From: Antedon mediterranea
Taxonomy: Eukaryota > Animalia > Echinodermata
Assembly (NCBI RefSeq): GCF_964355755.1
Contig: NW_027306097.1
Coordinates: 16,001 to 80,000 of the forward strand
Direction of reading: 5' to 3'
Length of the DNA stretch: 64,000 bases
Shown here piece after piece: positions 49,401 through 61,200 of the stretch. Position 1 is the first letter of the stretch; the number at the start of each line of letters is the position of its first letter. A program made the translations under genes and the position numbers. The notes below the pieces were generated by a model. It saw only the letters and a program-made list of their open reading frames with translations, did no database searches and was not told the origin of the DNA.

Positions 49401-52370
49401 AAATCACAAATTGGTCTAAAATGTCTCCAAATGCGATTTGAAGCTATTCTAAGCACTTTGGTGTTTTTATGTTAACAAGTTTTTTCGAAAATCACAAAAT
49501 GGTCTAAAACGTCTCCAAATGCGATTTGAAGCTATTCTAAACACTTTGGTATTTTTAGGTTAACAAGTTTTTTCGAAAATCACAAATTGGCCTAAAACGG
49601 TCTCCAAATGCGATTTGAAGCTATTCTGTACACTTTGATGTTTTTATGTTAACAATTTTTTTCGAAAATCACAAAATGGTCTAAAACGTCTCCAAATGCG
49701 ATTTGAAGCTATTCTAAGCACTTTGGTGTTTTGTGTGAAAAAGTTTTGTCGAAATGCTCAAAATGGTCTAAAACGTTTTTAAATACGATATTAAGCTATT
49801 TTGTGCTCTTTGATGTTTTTGTGTGAAAAGTGTTATCGAAATGTTCAAAATGGTCTAAAACGGTCTATAATGTGATTTTAAGCACTTTGATGTTTTTGTG
49901 TAACCAAGTTTTTTCGAAAATCTCAAAATGGTCTAAAACGTCTCCAAATACGATTTGAAGCTATTCTAAGCACTTTGGTGTTTTTATGTTAACAAGTTCT
50001 TTCGAAAATCACAAAATGGTCTAAAACGTCTCCAAATGCGATTTGAAGCTATTCTAAGCACTTTGGTGTTTTTATGTTAACAAGTTTTTTCAAAATCACA
50101 AAATGGTCTAAACCGTCTCCAAATGCGATTTGAAGCTATTCTAAGCACTTTGGTGTTTTGTGTGAAAAAGTTTTATCTAAATGCTCAAAATGGTCTAAAA
50201 CATTTTTAAATACGATATTAAGCTATTTTGTGCTCTTTGATGTTTTTGTGTGAAAATTGTTATCGAAATGCTCAAAATGGTCTAAAACGGTTTATATTGT
50301 GATTCTAAGCACTTTGGTGTTTTTATGTTAACAATCTTTTTCGAAAATCACAAAATGGTCTAAAACGTTTCCAAATGCGATTTGAAGCTATTCTAACCAC
50401 TTTCGTGTTTTTATGTTAACAAGTTTTTTCGAAAATCACAAAATGGTCTAAAACGTCTCCAAATGTGATTTGAAGCTATTCTAAGCACTTTGGTGTTTTC
50501 ATGTTAACAAGTTTTTTCAAAAATCACAAAATGGTCTAAAACGTCTCCAAATGCGATTTGAAGCTATTCTAAGCACTTTGGTGTTTTTATGTTAACAGGT
50601 TTTTTCGAAGAACACAAAATGTTCTAAAACGTCTCCAAATGCGATTTGAAGCTATTCTAAGCACTTTGGTGTTTTTATGTTAACAGTTTTTTTCGAAAAA
50701 CACAAAATGTTCTAAAACGTCTCCAAATGCGATTTGAAGCTATTCTAAGCACTTTGGTGTTTTGTGTGAAAAAGTTTTGTCTAAATGCTCAAAATGGTCT
50801 AAAACGTTTTTAAATACGATATTAAGCTATTTTGTGCTCTTTGATGTTTTTGTGTGAAAAGTGTTATCGAAATGCTCAAAATGGTCTAAAACGGTTTATA
50901 ATGTGATTTTAAGCACTTTGATGTTTTTGTGTAACCAAGTTTTTTCGAAAATCTCAAAATGGTCTAAAACGTCTCCAAATACGATTTGAAGCTATTCTAA
51001 GCACTTTGGTGTTTTTATGTTAACAAGTTTTTTCGAAAATCACAAAATGGTCTAAAACGTCTCCAAATGCGATTTGAAGCTATTCTAAGCACTTTGGTGT
51101 TTTTATGTTAACAAGTTTTTTCAAAATCACAAAATGGTCTAAAACGTCTCCAAATGAAGCTATTCTAAACCCTTTGGTGTTTTTATGTTGATAAGTTTTT
51201 TCGAAAATCACAAATTGGTCTAAAACGTCTCCAAATGCGATTTGAAGCTATTCTAAGCACTTTGGTGTTTTTATGTTAACAAGTTTTTTCGAAAATCACA
51301 AAATGGTCTAAAACGTCTCCAAATGCGATTTGAAGATATTCTAAACCCTTTGGTGTTTTTATGTTGATAAGTTTTTTAGAAAATCACAAATTGGTCTAAA
51401 ATGTCTCCAAATGCGATTTGAAGCTATTCTAAGCACTTTGGTGTTTTTATGTTAACAAGTTTTTTCGAAAATCACAAAATGGTCTAAAACGTCTCCAAAT
51501 GCGATTTGAAGCTATTCTAAACACTTTGGTATTTTTAGGTTAACAAGTTTTTTCGAAAATCACAAATTGGCCTAAAACGGTCTCCAAATGCGATTTGAAG
51601 CTATTCTGTACACTTTGATGTTTTTATGTTAACAATTTTTTTCGAAAATCACAAAATGGTCTAAAACGTCTCCAAATGCGATTTGAAGCTATTCTAAGCA
51701 CTTTGGTGATTTGTGTGAAAAAGTTTTGTCGAAATGCTCAAAATGGTCTAAAAAGTTTTTAAATACGATATTAAGCTATTTTGTGCTCTTTGATGTTTTT
51801 GTGTGAAAAGTGTTATCGAAATGCTCAAAATGGTCTAAAACGGATTATAATGTGATTTTAAGCACTTTGATGTTTTTGTGTAACCAAGTTTCATCGAAAT
51901 GCATAAAATGGTCTAAAACGTCTCCAAATGCGATTTGAAGCTATTCTAAGTACTTTGGTGTTTTTATGTTAACAAGTTTTTTCGAAAATCACAAAATGGT
52001 CTAAAACGTCTCCAAATACGATTTGAAGCTATTGTAAGCACTTTGGTGTTTTTATGTTAACAAGTTTTTTCAAAAATCACAAATTGGTCTAAAATGTCTC
52101 AAATGCGATTTGAAGCACTTTGGTGTTTTTATGTTAACAAGTTTTTTCAAAAATCACAAAATGGTCTAAAACGTCTCCAAATGCGATTTGAAGCTATTCT
52201 AAACACTTTGGTGTTTTGTGTGAAAAAGTTTTGTCTAAATGCTCAAAATGGTCTAAAACGTTTTTAAATACGATATTAAGCTATTTTGTGCTCTTTGATG
52301 TTTTTGTGTGAAAAGTGTTATCGAAATGCTCAAAATGGTCTAAAACGGATTATAATGTGATTTTAAGCAC
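40150..52370 (+). repeat. About 5470-bp period duplication whose second copy contains a nested 1980-bp tandem duplication
   Basis: Offset 5470-5471: 40169/45640, 41304/46774, 43701/49171. The offset then becomes 7450 (5470+1980) at 44301/51751. Confidence 0.85.
47697..51750 (+). repeat. 1980-bp tandem duplication
   Basis: Lines from 47701 match lines from 49681. Shared rare variant GGTGTTTTCATG near 48512/50492 and the 7-bp deletion at 49171/51151. Confidence 0.92.
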
Positions 52371-55300
52371 ATTGATGTTTTTGTGTAACCAAGTTTCATC
52401 GAAATGCATAAAATGGTCTAAAACGTCTCCAAATGCGATTTGAAGCTATTCTAAGTACTTTGGTGTTTTTATGTTAACAAGTTTTTTCGAAAATCACAAA
52501 ATGGTCTAAAACGTCTCCAAATACGATTTGAAGCTATTGTAAGCACTTTGGTGTTTTTATGTTAACAAGTTTTTTCAAAAATCACAAATTGGTCTAAAAT
52601 GTCTCCAAATGCGATTTGAAGCACTTTGGTGTTTTTATGTTAACAAGTTTTTTCGAAAATCACAAAATGGTCTAAAACGTCTCCAAATGCGATTTGAAGC
52701 TATTCTAAACACTTTGATATTTTTAGGTTAACAAGTTTTTTCGAAAATCACAAATTGGCCTAAAACGGTCTCCAAATGCGATTTGAAGTTATTCTGTACA
52801 CTTTGATGTTTTTATGTTAACAAGTTTTTTCGAAAATCACAAAATGGTCTAAAACGTCTCCAAATGCGATTTGAAGCTATTCTAAGCACTTTGGTGTTTT
52901 GTGTGAAAAAGTTTTGTAGAAATGCTCAAAATGGTCTAAAACGTTTTTAAATACGATATTAAGCTATTTTGTGCTCTTTGATGTTTTTGTGTGAAAAGTG
53001 TTATCGAAATGCTCAAAATGGTCTAAAATGGTTTATAATGTGATTTTAAGCACTTTGATGTTTTTGTGTAACCAAGTTTCATCGAAATGCACAAAATGGT
53101 CTAAAACGTCTCAAAATGCGATTTGAAGCTATTCTAAGCACATTGGTGATTTTATGTTAACAAGTTTTTTCGAAAATCACAAAATGGTCTAAAACGTCTC
53201 CAAATACGATTTGAAGCTATTCTAAGCACTTTCATGTTTTTATGTTAACAAGTTTTTTCGAAAATCACAAAATGGTCTAAAACGTTTCCAAATGCGATTT
53301 GAAGCTATTCTAAGCACTTTCGTGTTTTTATGTTAACAAGTTTTTTCGAAAATCACAAAATGGTCTAAAACGTCTCCAAATGCGATTTGAAGCTATTCTA
53401 AACCCTTTGGTGTTTTTATGTTGATAAGTTTTTTCGAAAATCACAAATTGGTCTAAAACGTCTCCAAATGCGATTTGAAGCTATTCTAAACACTTTGGTG
53501 TTTTTATGTTAACAATTTTTTTCGAAAATCACAAAATGGTCTAAAACGTTTCCAAATGCGATTTGAAGCTATTCTAAGCACTTTCGTGTTTTTATGTTAA
53601 CAAGTTTTTTCGAAAATCACTAAATGGTCTAAAACGTTTCCAAATGCGATTTGAAGCTATTCTAAGCACTTTCGTGTTTTTATGTTAACAAGTTTTTTCG
53701 AAAATCACAAAATGGTCTAAAACGTCTCCAAATGTGATTTGAAGCTATTCTAAGCACTTTGGTGTTTTTATGTTAACAAGTTTTTTCAAAAATCACAAAA
53801 TGGTCTAAAACGTCTCCAAATGCGATTTGAAGCTATTCTAAGCACTTTGGTGTTTTGTGTGAAAAAGTTTTATCTAAATGCTCAAAATGGTCTAAAACAT
53901 TTTTAAATACGATATTAGGCTATTTTGTGCTCTTTGATGTTTTTGTGTGAAAATTGTTATCGAAATGCTCAAAATGGTCTAAAACGGTTTATAATGTGAT
54001 TCTAAGCACTTATGGTCTAAAACGTCTCCAAATGTGATTTGAAGCTATTCTAAGCACTTTGGTGTTTTTATGTTAACAAGTTTTTTCGAAAATCACAAAA
54101 TGGTCTAAAACGTCTCCAAATGCGATTTGAAGCTATTCTAAACACTTTGGTATTTTTAGGTTAACAAGTTTTTTCGAAAATCACAAATTGGCCTAAAACG
54201 GTCTCCAAATGCGATTTGAAGCTATTCTGTACACTTTGATGTTTTTATGTTAACAATTTTTTTCGAAAATCACAAAATGGTCTAAAACGTCTCCAAATGC
54301 GATTTGAAGCTATTCTAAGCACTTTGGTGTTTTGTGTGAAAAAGTTTTGTCGAAATGCTCAAAATGGTCTAAAAAGTTTTTAAATACGATATTAAGCTAT
54401 TTTGTGCTCTTTGATGTTTTTGTGTGAAAAGTGTTATCGAAATGCTCAAAATGGTCTAAAACGGATTATAATGTGATTTTAAGCACTTTGATGTTTTTGT
54501 GTAACCAAGTTTCATCGAAATGCATAAAATGGTCTAAAACGTCTCCAAATGCGATTTGAAGCTATTCTAAGTACTTTGGTGTTTTTATGTTAACAAGTTT
54601 TTTCGAAAATCACAAAATGGTCTAAAACGTCTCCAAATACGATTTGAAGCTATTGTAAGCACTTTGGTGTTTTTATGTTAACAAGTTTTTTCAAAAATCA
54701 CAAATTGGTCTAAAATGTCTCAAATGCGATTTGAAGCACTTTGGTGTTTTTATGTTAACAAGTTTTTTCGAAAATCACAAAATGGTCTAAAACGTCTCCA
54801 AATGCGATTTGAAGCTATTCTAAACACTTTGGTGTTTTGTGTGAAAAAGTTTTGTCTAAATGCTCAAAATGGTCTAAAACGTTTTTAAATACGATATTAA
54901 GCTATTTTGTGCTCTTTGATGTTTTTGTGTGAAAAGTGTTATCGAAATGCTCAAAATGGTCTAAAACGGATTATAATGTGATTTTAAGCACATTGATGTT
55001 TTTGTGTAACCAAGTTTCATCGAAATGCATAAAATGGTCTAAAACGTCTCCAAATTCGATTTGAAGCTATTCTAAGTACTTTGGTGTTTTTATGTTAACA
55101 AGTTTTTTCGAAAATCACAAAATGGTCTAAAACGTCTCCAAATACGATTTGAAGCTATTGTATGCACTTTGGTGTTTTTATGTTAACAAGTTTTTTCAAA
55201 AATCACAAATTGGTCTAAAATGTCTCCAAATGCGATTTGAAGCACTTTGGTGTTTTTATGTTAACAAGTTTTTTCGAAAATCACAAAATGGTCTAAAACG

Positions 55301-58200
55301 TCTCCAAATGCGATTTGAAGCTATTCTAAACACTTTGGTATTTTTAGGTTAACAAGTTTTTTCGAAAATCACAAATTGGCCTAAAACGGTCTCCAAATGC
55401 GATTTGAAGTTATTCTGTACACTTTGATGTTTTTATGTTAACAAGTTTTTTCGAAAATCACAAAATGGTCTAAAACGTCTCCAAATGCGATTTGAAGCTA
55501 TTCTAAGCACTTTGGTGTTTTGTGTGAAAAAGTTTTGTCGAAATGCTCAAAATGGTCTAAAACGTTTTTAAATACGATATTAAGCTATTTTGTGCTCTTT
55601 GATGTTTTTGTGTGAAAAGTGTTATCGAAATGCTCAAAATGGTCTAAAATGGTTTATAATGTGATTTTAAGCACTTTGATGTTTTTGTGTAACCAAGTTT
55701 CATCGAAATGCACAAAATGGTCTAAAACGTCTCAAAATGCGATTTGAAGCTTTTCTAAGCACATTGGTGTTTTTATGTTAACAAGTTTTTTCGAAAATCA
55801 CAAAATGGTCTAAAACGTCTCCAAATACGATTTGAAGCTATTCTAAGCACTTTCATGTTTTTATGTTAACAAGTTTTTTCGAAAATCACAAAATGGTCTA
55901 AAACGTTTCCAAATGCGATTTGAAGCTATTCTAAGCACTTTCGTGTTTTTATGTTAACAAGTTTTTTCGAAAATCACAAAATGGTCTAAAACCTCTCCAA
56001 ATGTGAATTGAAGCTATTCTAAGCACTTTGGTGTTTTTATGTTAACAAGTTTTTTCAAAAATCACAAAATGGTCTAAAACGTCTCCAAATGCGATTTGAA
56101 GCTATTCTAAGCACTTTGGTGTTTTGTGTGAAAAAGTTTTATCTAAATGCTCAAAATGGTCTAAAACATTTTTAAATACGATATTAAGCTATTTTGTGCT
56201 CTTTGATGTTTTTGTGTGAAAATTGTTATCGAAATGCTCAAAATGGTCTAAAACGGTTTATAATGTGATTCTAAGCACTTATGGTCTAAAACGTCTCCAA
56301 ATGTGATTTGAAGCTATTCTAAGCACTTTGGTGTTTTTATGTTAACAAGTTTTTTCGAAAATCACAAAATGGTCTAAAACGTCTCCAAATGCGATTTGAA
56401 GCTATTCTAAACACTTTGGTATTTTTAGGTTAACAAGTTTTTTCGAAAATCACAAATTGGCCTAAAACGGTCTCCAAATGCGATTTGAAGCTATTCTGTA
56501 CACTTTGATGTTTTTATGTTAACAATTTTTTTCGAAAATCACAAAATGGTCTAAAACGTCTCCAAATGCGATTTGAAGCTATTCTAAGCACTTTGGTGTT
56601 TTGTGTGAAAAAGTTTTGTCGAAATGCTCAAAATGGTCTAAAAAGTTTTTAAATACGATATTAAGCTATTTTGTGCTCTTTGATGTTTTTGTGTGAAAAG
56701 TGTTATCGAAATGCTCAAAATGGTCTAAAACGGATTATAATGTGATTTTAAGCACTTTGATGTTTTTGTGTAACCAAGTTTCATCGAAATGCATAAAATG
56801 GTCTAAAACGTCTCCAAATGCGATTTGAAGCTATTCTAAGTACTTTGGTGTTTTTATGTTATCAAGTTTTTTCGAAAATCACAAAATGGTCTAAAACGTC
56901 TCCAAATACGATTTGAAGCTATTGTAAGCACTTTGGTGTTTTTATGTTAACAAGTTTTTTCAAAAATCACAAATTGGTCTAAAATGTCTCAAATGCGATT
57001 TGAAGCACTTTGGTGTTTTTATGTTAACAAGTTTTTTCGAAAATCACAAAATGGTCTAAAACGTCTCCAAATGCGATTTGAAGCTATTCTAAACACTTTG
57101 GTGTTTTGTGTGAAAAAGTTTTGTCTAAATGCTCAAAATGGTCTAAAACGTTTTTAAATACGATATTAAGCTATTTTGTGCTCTTTGATGTTTTTGTGTG
57201 AAAAGTGTTATCGAAATGCTCAAAATGGTCTAAAACGGATTATACTGTGATTTTAAGCACATTGATGTTTTTGTGTAACCAAGTTTCATCGAAATGCATA
57301 AAATGGTCTAAAACGTCTCCAAATGCGATTTGAAGCTATTCTAAGTACTTTGGTGTTTTTATGTTAACAAGTTTTTTCGAAAATCACAAAATGGTCTAAA
57401 ACGTCTCCAAATACGATTTGAAGCTATTGTAAGCACTTTGGTGTTTTTATGTTAACAAGTTTTTTCAAAAATCACAAATTGGTCTAAAATGTCTCCAAAT
57501 GCGATTTGAAGCACTTTGGTGTTTTTATGTTAACAAGTTTTTTCGAAAATCACAAAATGGTCTAAAACGTCTCCAAATGCGATTTGAAGCTATTCTAAAC
57601 ACTTTGGTATTTTTAGGTTAACTAGTTTTTTCGAAAATCACAAATTGGCCTAAAACGGTCTCCAAATGCGATTTGAAGTTATTCTGTACGCTTTGATGTT
57701 TTTATGTTAACAAGTTTTTTCGAAAATCACAAAATGGTCTAAAACGTCTCCAAATGCGATTTGAAGCTATTCTAAGCACTTTGGTGTTTTGTGTGAAAAA
57801 GTTTTGTCGAAATGCTCAAAATGGTCTAAAACGTTTTTAAATACGATATTAAGCTATTTTGTGCTCTTTGATGTTTTTGTGTGAAAAGTGTTATCGAAAT
57901 GCTCAAAATGGTCTAAAATGGTTTATAATGTGATTTTAAGCACTTTGATGTTTTTGTGTAACCAAGTTTCATCGAAATGCACAAAATGGTCTAAAACGTC
58001 TCAAAATGCGATTTGAAGCTATTCTAAGCACATTGGTGTTTTTATGTTAACAAGTTTTTTCGAAAATCACAAAATGGTCTAAAACGTCTCCAAATACGAT
58101 TTGAAGCTATTCTAAGCACTTTCATGTTTTTATGTTAACAAGTTTTTTCGAAAATCACAAAATGGTCTAAAACGTTTCCAAATGCGATTTGAAGCTATTC
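51470..58200 (+). repeat. Local higher-order repeat with units of 2621 and 2269 bp plus a partial third unit
   Basis: The marker GGTCTAAAAAGTTTTT is at 51745, 54366 and 56635. GGCCTAAAACGG pairs as 54190/56459 and 52757/55378/57647. Confidence 0.85.
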
Positions 58201-61200
58201 TAAGCACTTTGGTGTTTTTATGTTAACAAGTTTTTTCAAAAATCACAAAATGGTCTAAAACGTCTCCAAATGCGATTTGAAGCTATTCTAAGCACTTTGG
58301 TGTTTTGTGTGAAAAAGTTTTATCTAAATGCTCAAAATGGTCTAAAACATTTTTAAATACGATATTAAGCTATTTTGTGCTCTTTGATGTTTTTGTGTGA
58401 AAATTGTTATCGAAATGCTCAAAATGGTCTAAAACGGTTTATGATGTGATTCTAAGCACTTATGGTCTAAAACGTCTCCAAATGTGATTTGAAGCTATTC
58501 TAAGCACTTTGGTGTTTTTATGTTAAAAAGTTTTTTCGAAAATCACAAAATGGTCTAAAACGTCTCCAAATGCGATTTGAAGCTATTCTAAGCACTTTGG
58601 TATTTTGTGTGAAAAAGTTTTGTCGAAATGCTCAAAATGGTCTAAAACGATTTATAATGTGATTTTAAGCACTTTGATGTTTTTGTGTAACCAAGTTTCA
58701 TCGAAATGCACAAAATGGTCTAAAACGTCTCCAAATGCGATTTGAAGCTATTCTAAGCACTTTGGTGTTTTGTGTGAAAAAGTTTTGTCTAAATGCTCAA
58801 AATGGTCTAAAACGTTTTTAAATACGATATTAAGCTATTTTGTGCTCTTTGATGTTTTTGTGTGAAAAGTGTTACCGAAATGCTCAAAATGGTCTAAAAC
58901 GGTTTATAATGTGATTTTAAGCACTTTGATGTTTTTGTGTAACCAAGTTTTTTCGAAAATCTCAAAATGGTCTAAAACGTCTCCAAATACGATTTGAAGC
59001 TATTCTAAGCACTTTGGTGTTTTTATGTTAACAAGTTTTTTCGAAAATCACAAAATGGTCTAAAACGTCTCCAAATGCGATTTGAAGCTATTCTAAGCAC
59101 TTTGGTGTTTTTATGTTAACAAGTTTTTTCAAAATCACAAAATGGTCTAAAACGTCTCCAAATGCGATTTGAAGCTATTCTAAACCCTTTGGTGTTTTTA
59201 TGTTGATAAGTTTTTTCGAAAATCACAAATTGGTCTAAAACGTCTCCAAATGCGATTTGAAGCTATTCTAAACACTTTGGTGTTTTTATGTTAACAATTT
59301 TTTTCGAAAATCACAAAATGGTCTAAAACGTTTCCAAATGCGATTTGAAGCTGTTCTAAGCACTTTCGTGTTTTTATGTTAACAAGTTTTTTCGAAAATC
59401 ACAAAATGGTCTAAAACGTCTCCAAATGCGATTTGAAGCTATTCTAAGCACTTTGGTGTTTTGTGTGAAAAAGTTTTATCTAAATGCTCAAAATGGTCTA
59501 AAACATTTTTAAATACGATATTAAGCTATTTTGTGCTCTTTGATGTTTTTGTGTGAAAATTGTTATCGAAATGCTCAAAATGGTCTAAAACGGTTTATAA
59601 TGTGATTCTAAGCACTTTCGTGTTTTTATGTTAACAAGTTTTTTCGAAAATCACAAAATGGTCTAAAACGTTTCCAAATGCGATTTGAAGCTATTCTAAG
59701 CACTTTCGTGTTTTTATGTTAACAAGTTTTTTCGAAAATCACAAAATGGTCTAAAACGTCTCCAAATGTGATTTGAAGCTATTCTAAGCACTTTGGTGTT
59801 TTTATGTTAACAAGTTTTTTCAAAAATCACAAAATGGTCTAAAACGTCTCCAAATGCGATTTGAAGCTATTCTAAGCACTTTGGTGTTTTGTGTGAAAAA
59901 GTTTTGTCTAAATGCTCAAAATGGTCTAAAACGTTTTTAAATACGATATTAAGCTATTTTGTGCTCTTTGATGTTTTTGTGTGAAAAGTGTTATCGAAAT
60001 GCTCAAAATGGTCTAAAACGGTTTATAATGTGATTTTAAGCACTTTGATGTTTTTGTGTAATCAAGTTTCATCGAAATGCACAAATTGGTCTAAAACGTC
60101 TCCAAATGCGATTTGAAGCTATTCTAAGCACTTTGGTGTTTTGTGTGAAAAAGTTTTGTCGAAATGCTCAAAATGGTCTAAAACGTTTTTAAATACTATA
60201 TTAAGCTATTTTGTGCTCTTTGATGTTTTTGTGTGAAAAGTGTTATCGAAATGCTCAAAATGGTCTAAATTGGTTTATAATGTGATTTTAAGCACTTTGA
60301 TGTTTTTGTGTAATCAAGTTTCATCGAAATGCACAAATTGGTTTAAAACGTCTCCAAATGCGATTTGAAGCTATTCTAAGCACTTTGGTGTTTTGTGTGA
60401 AAAAGTTTTGTCGAAATGCTCAAAATGGTCTAAAACGTTTTTAAATACGATATTAAGCTATTTTGTGCTCTTTGATGTTTTTGTGTGAAAAGTGTTATCG
60501 AAATGCTCAAAATGGTCTAAAACGGTTTATAATGTGATTTTAAGCACTTTGATGTTTTTGTGTAACCAAGTTTTTTCGAAAATCTCAAAATGGTCTAAAA
60601 CGTCTCCAAATACGATTTGAAGCTATTCTAAGCACTTTGGTGTTTTTATGTTAACAAGTTTTTTCGAAAATCACAAAATGGTCTAAAACGTCTCCAAATG
60701 CGATTTGAAGCTATTCTAAGCACTTTGGTGTTTTTATGTTAACAAGTTTTTTCAAAATCATAAAATGGTCTAAACCGTCTCCAAATGCGATTTGAAGCTA
60801 TTCTAAGCACTTTGGTGTTTTTATGTTAACAAGTTTTTTCGAAAATCACAAAATGGTCTAAAACGTCTCCAAATACGATTTGACGCTATTCTAAGCACTT
60901 TGGTGTTTTTATGTTAACAAGTTTTTTCGAAAATCACAAAATGGTCTAAAACGTCTCCAAATGTGATTTGAAGCTATTCTAAGCACTTTGGTGTTTTTAT
61001 GTTAACAAGTTTTTTCAAAAATCACAAAATGGTCTAAAACGTCTCCAAATGCGATTTGAAGCTATTCTAAGCACTTTGGTGTTTTTATGTTAACAGGTTT
61101 TTTCGAAGAACACAAAATGTTCTAAAACGTCTCCAAATGCGATTTGAAGCTATTCTAAGCACTTTGGTGTTTTTATGTTACCAGTTTTTTTTGAAAAACA

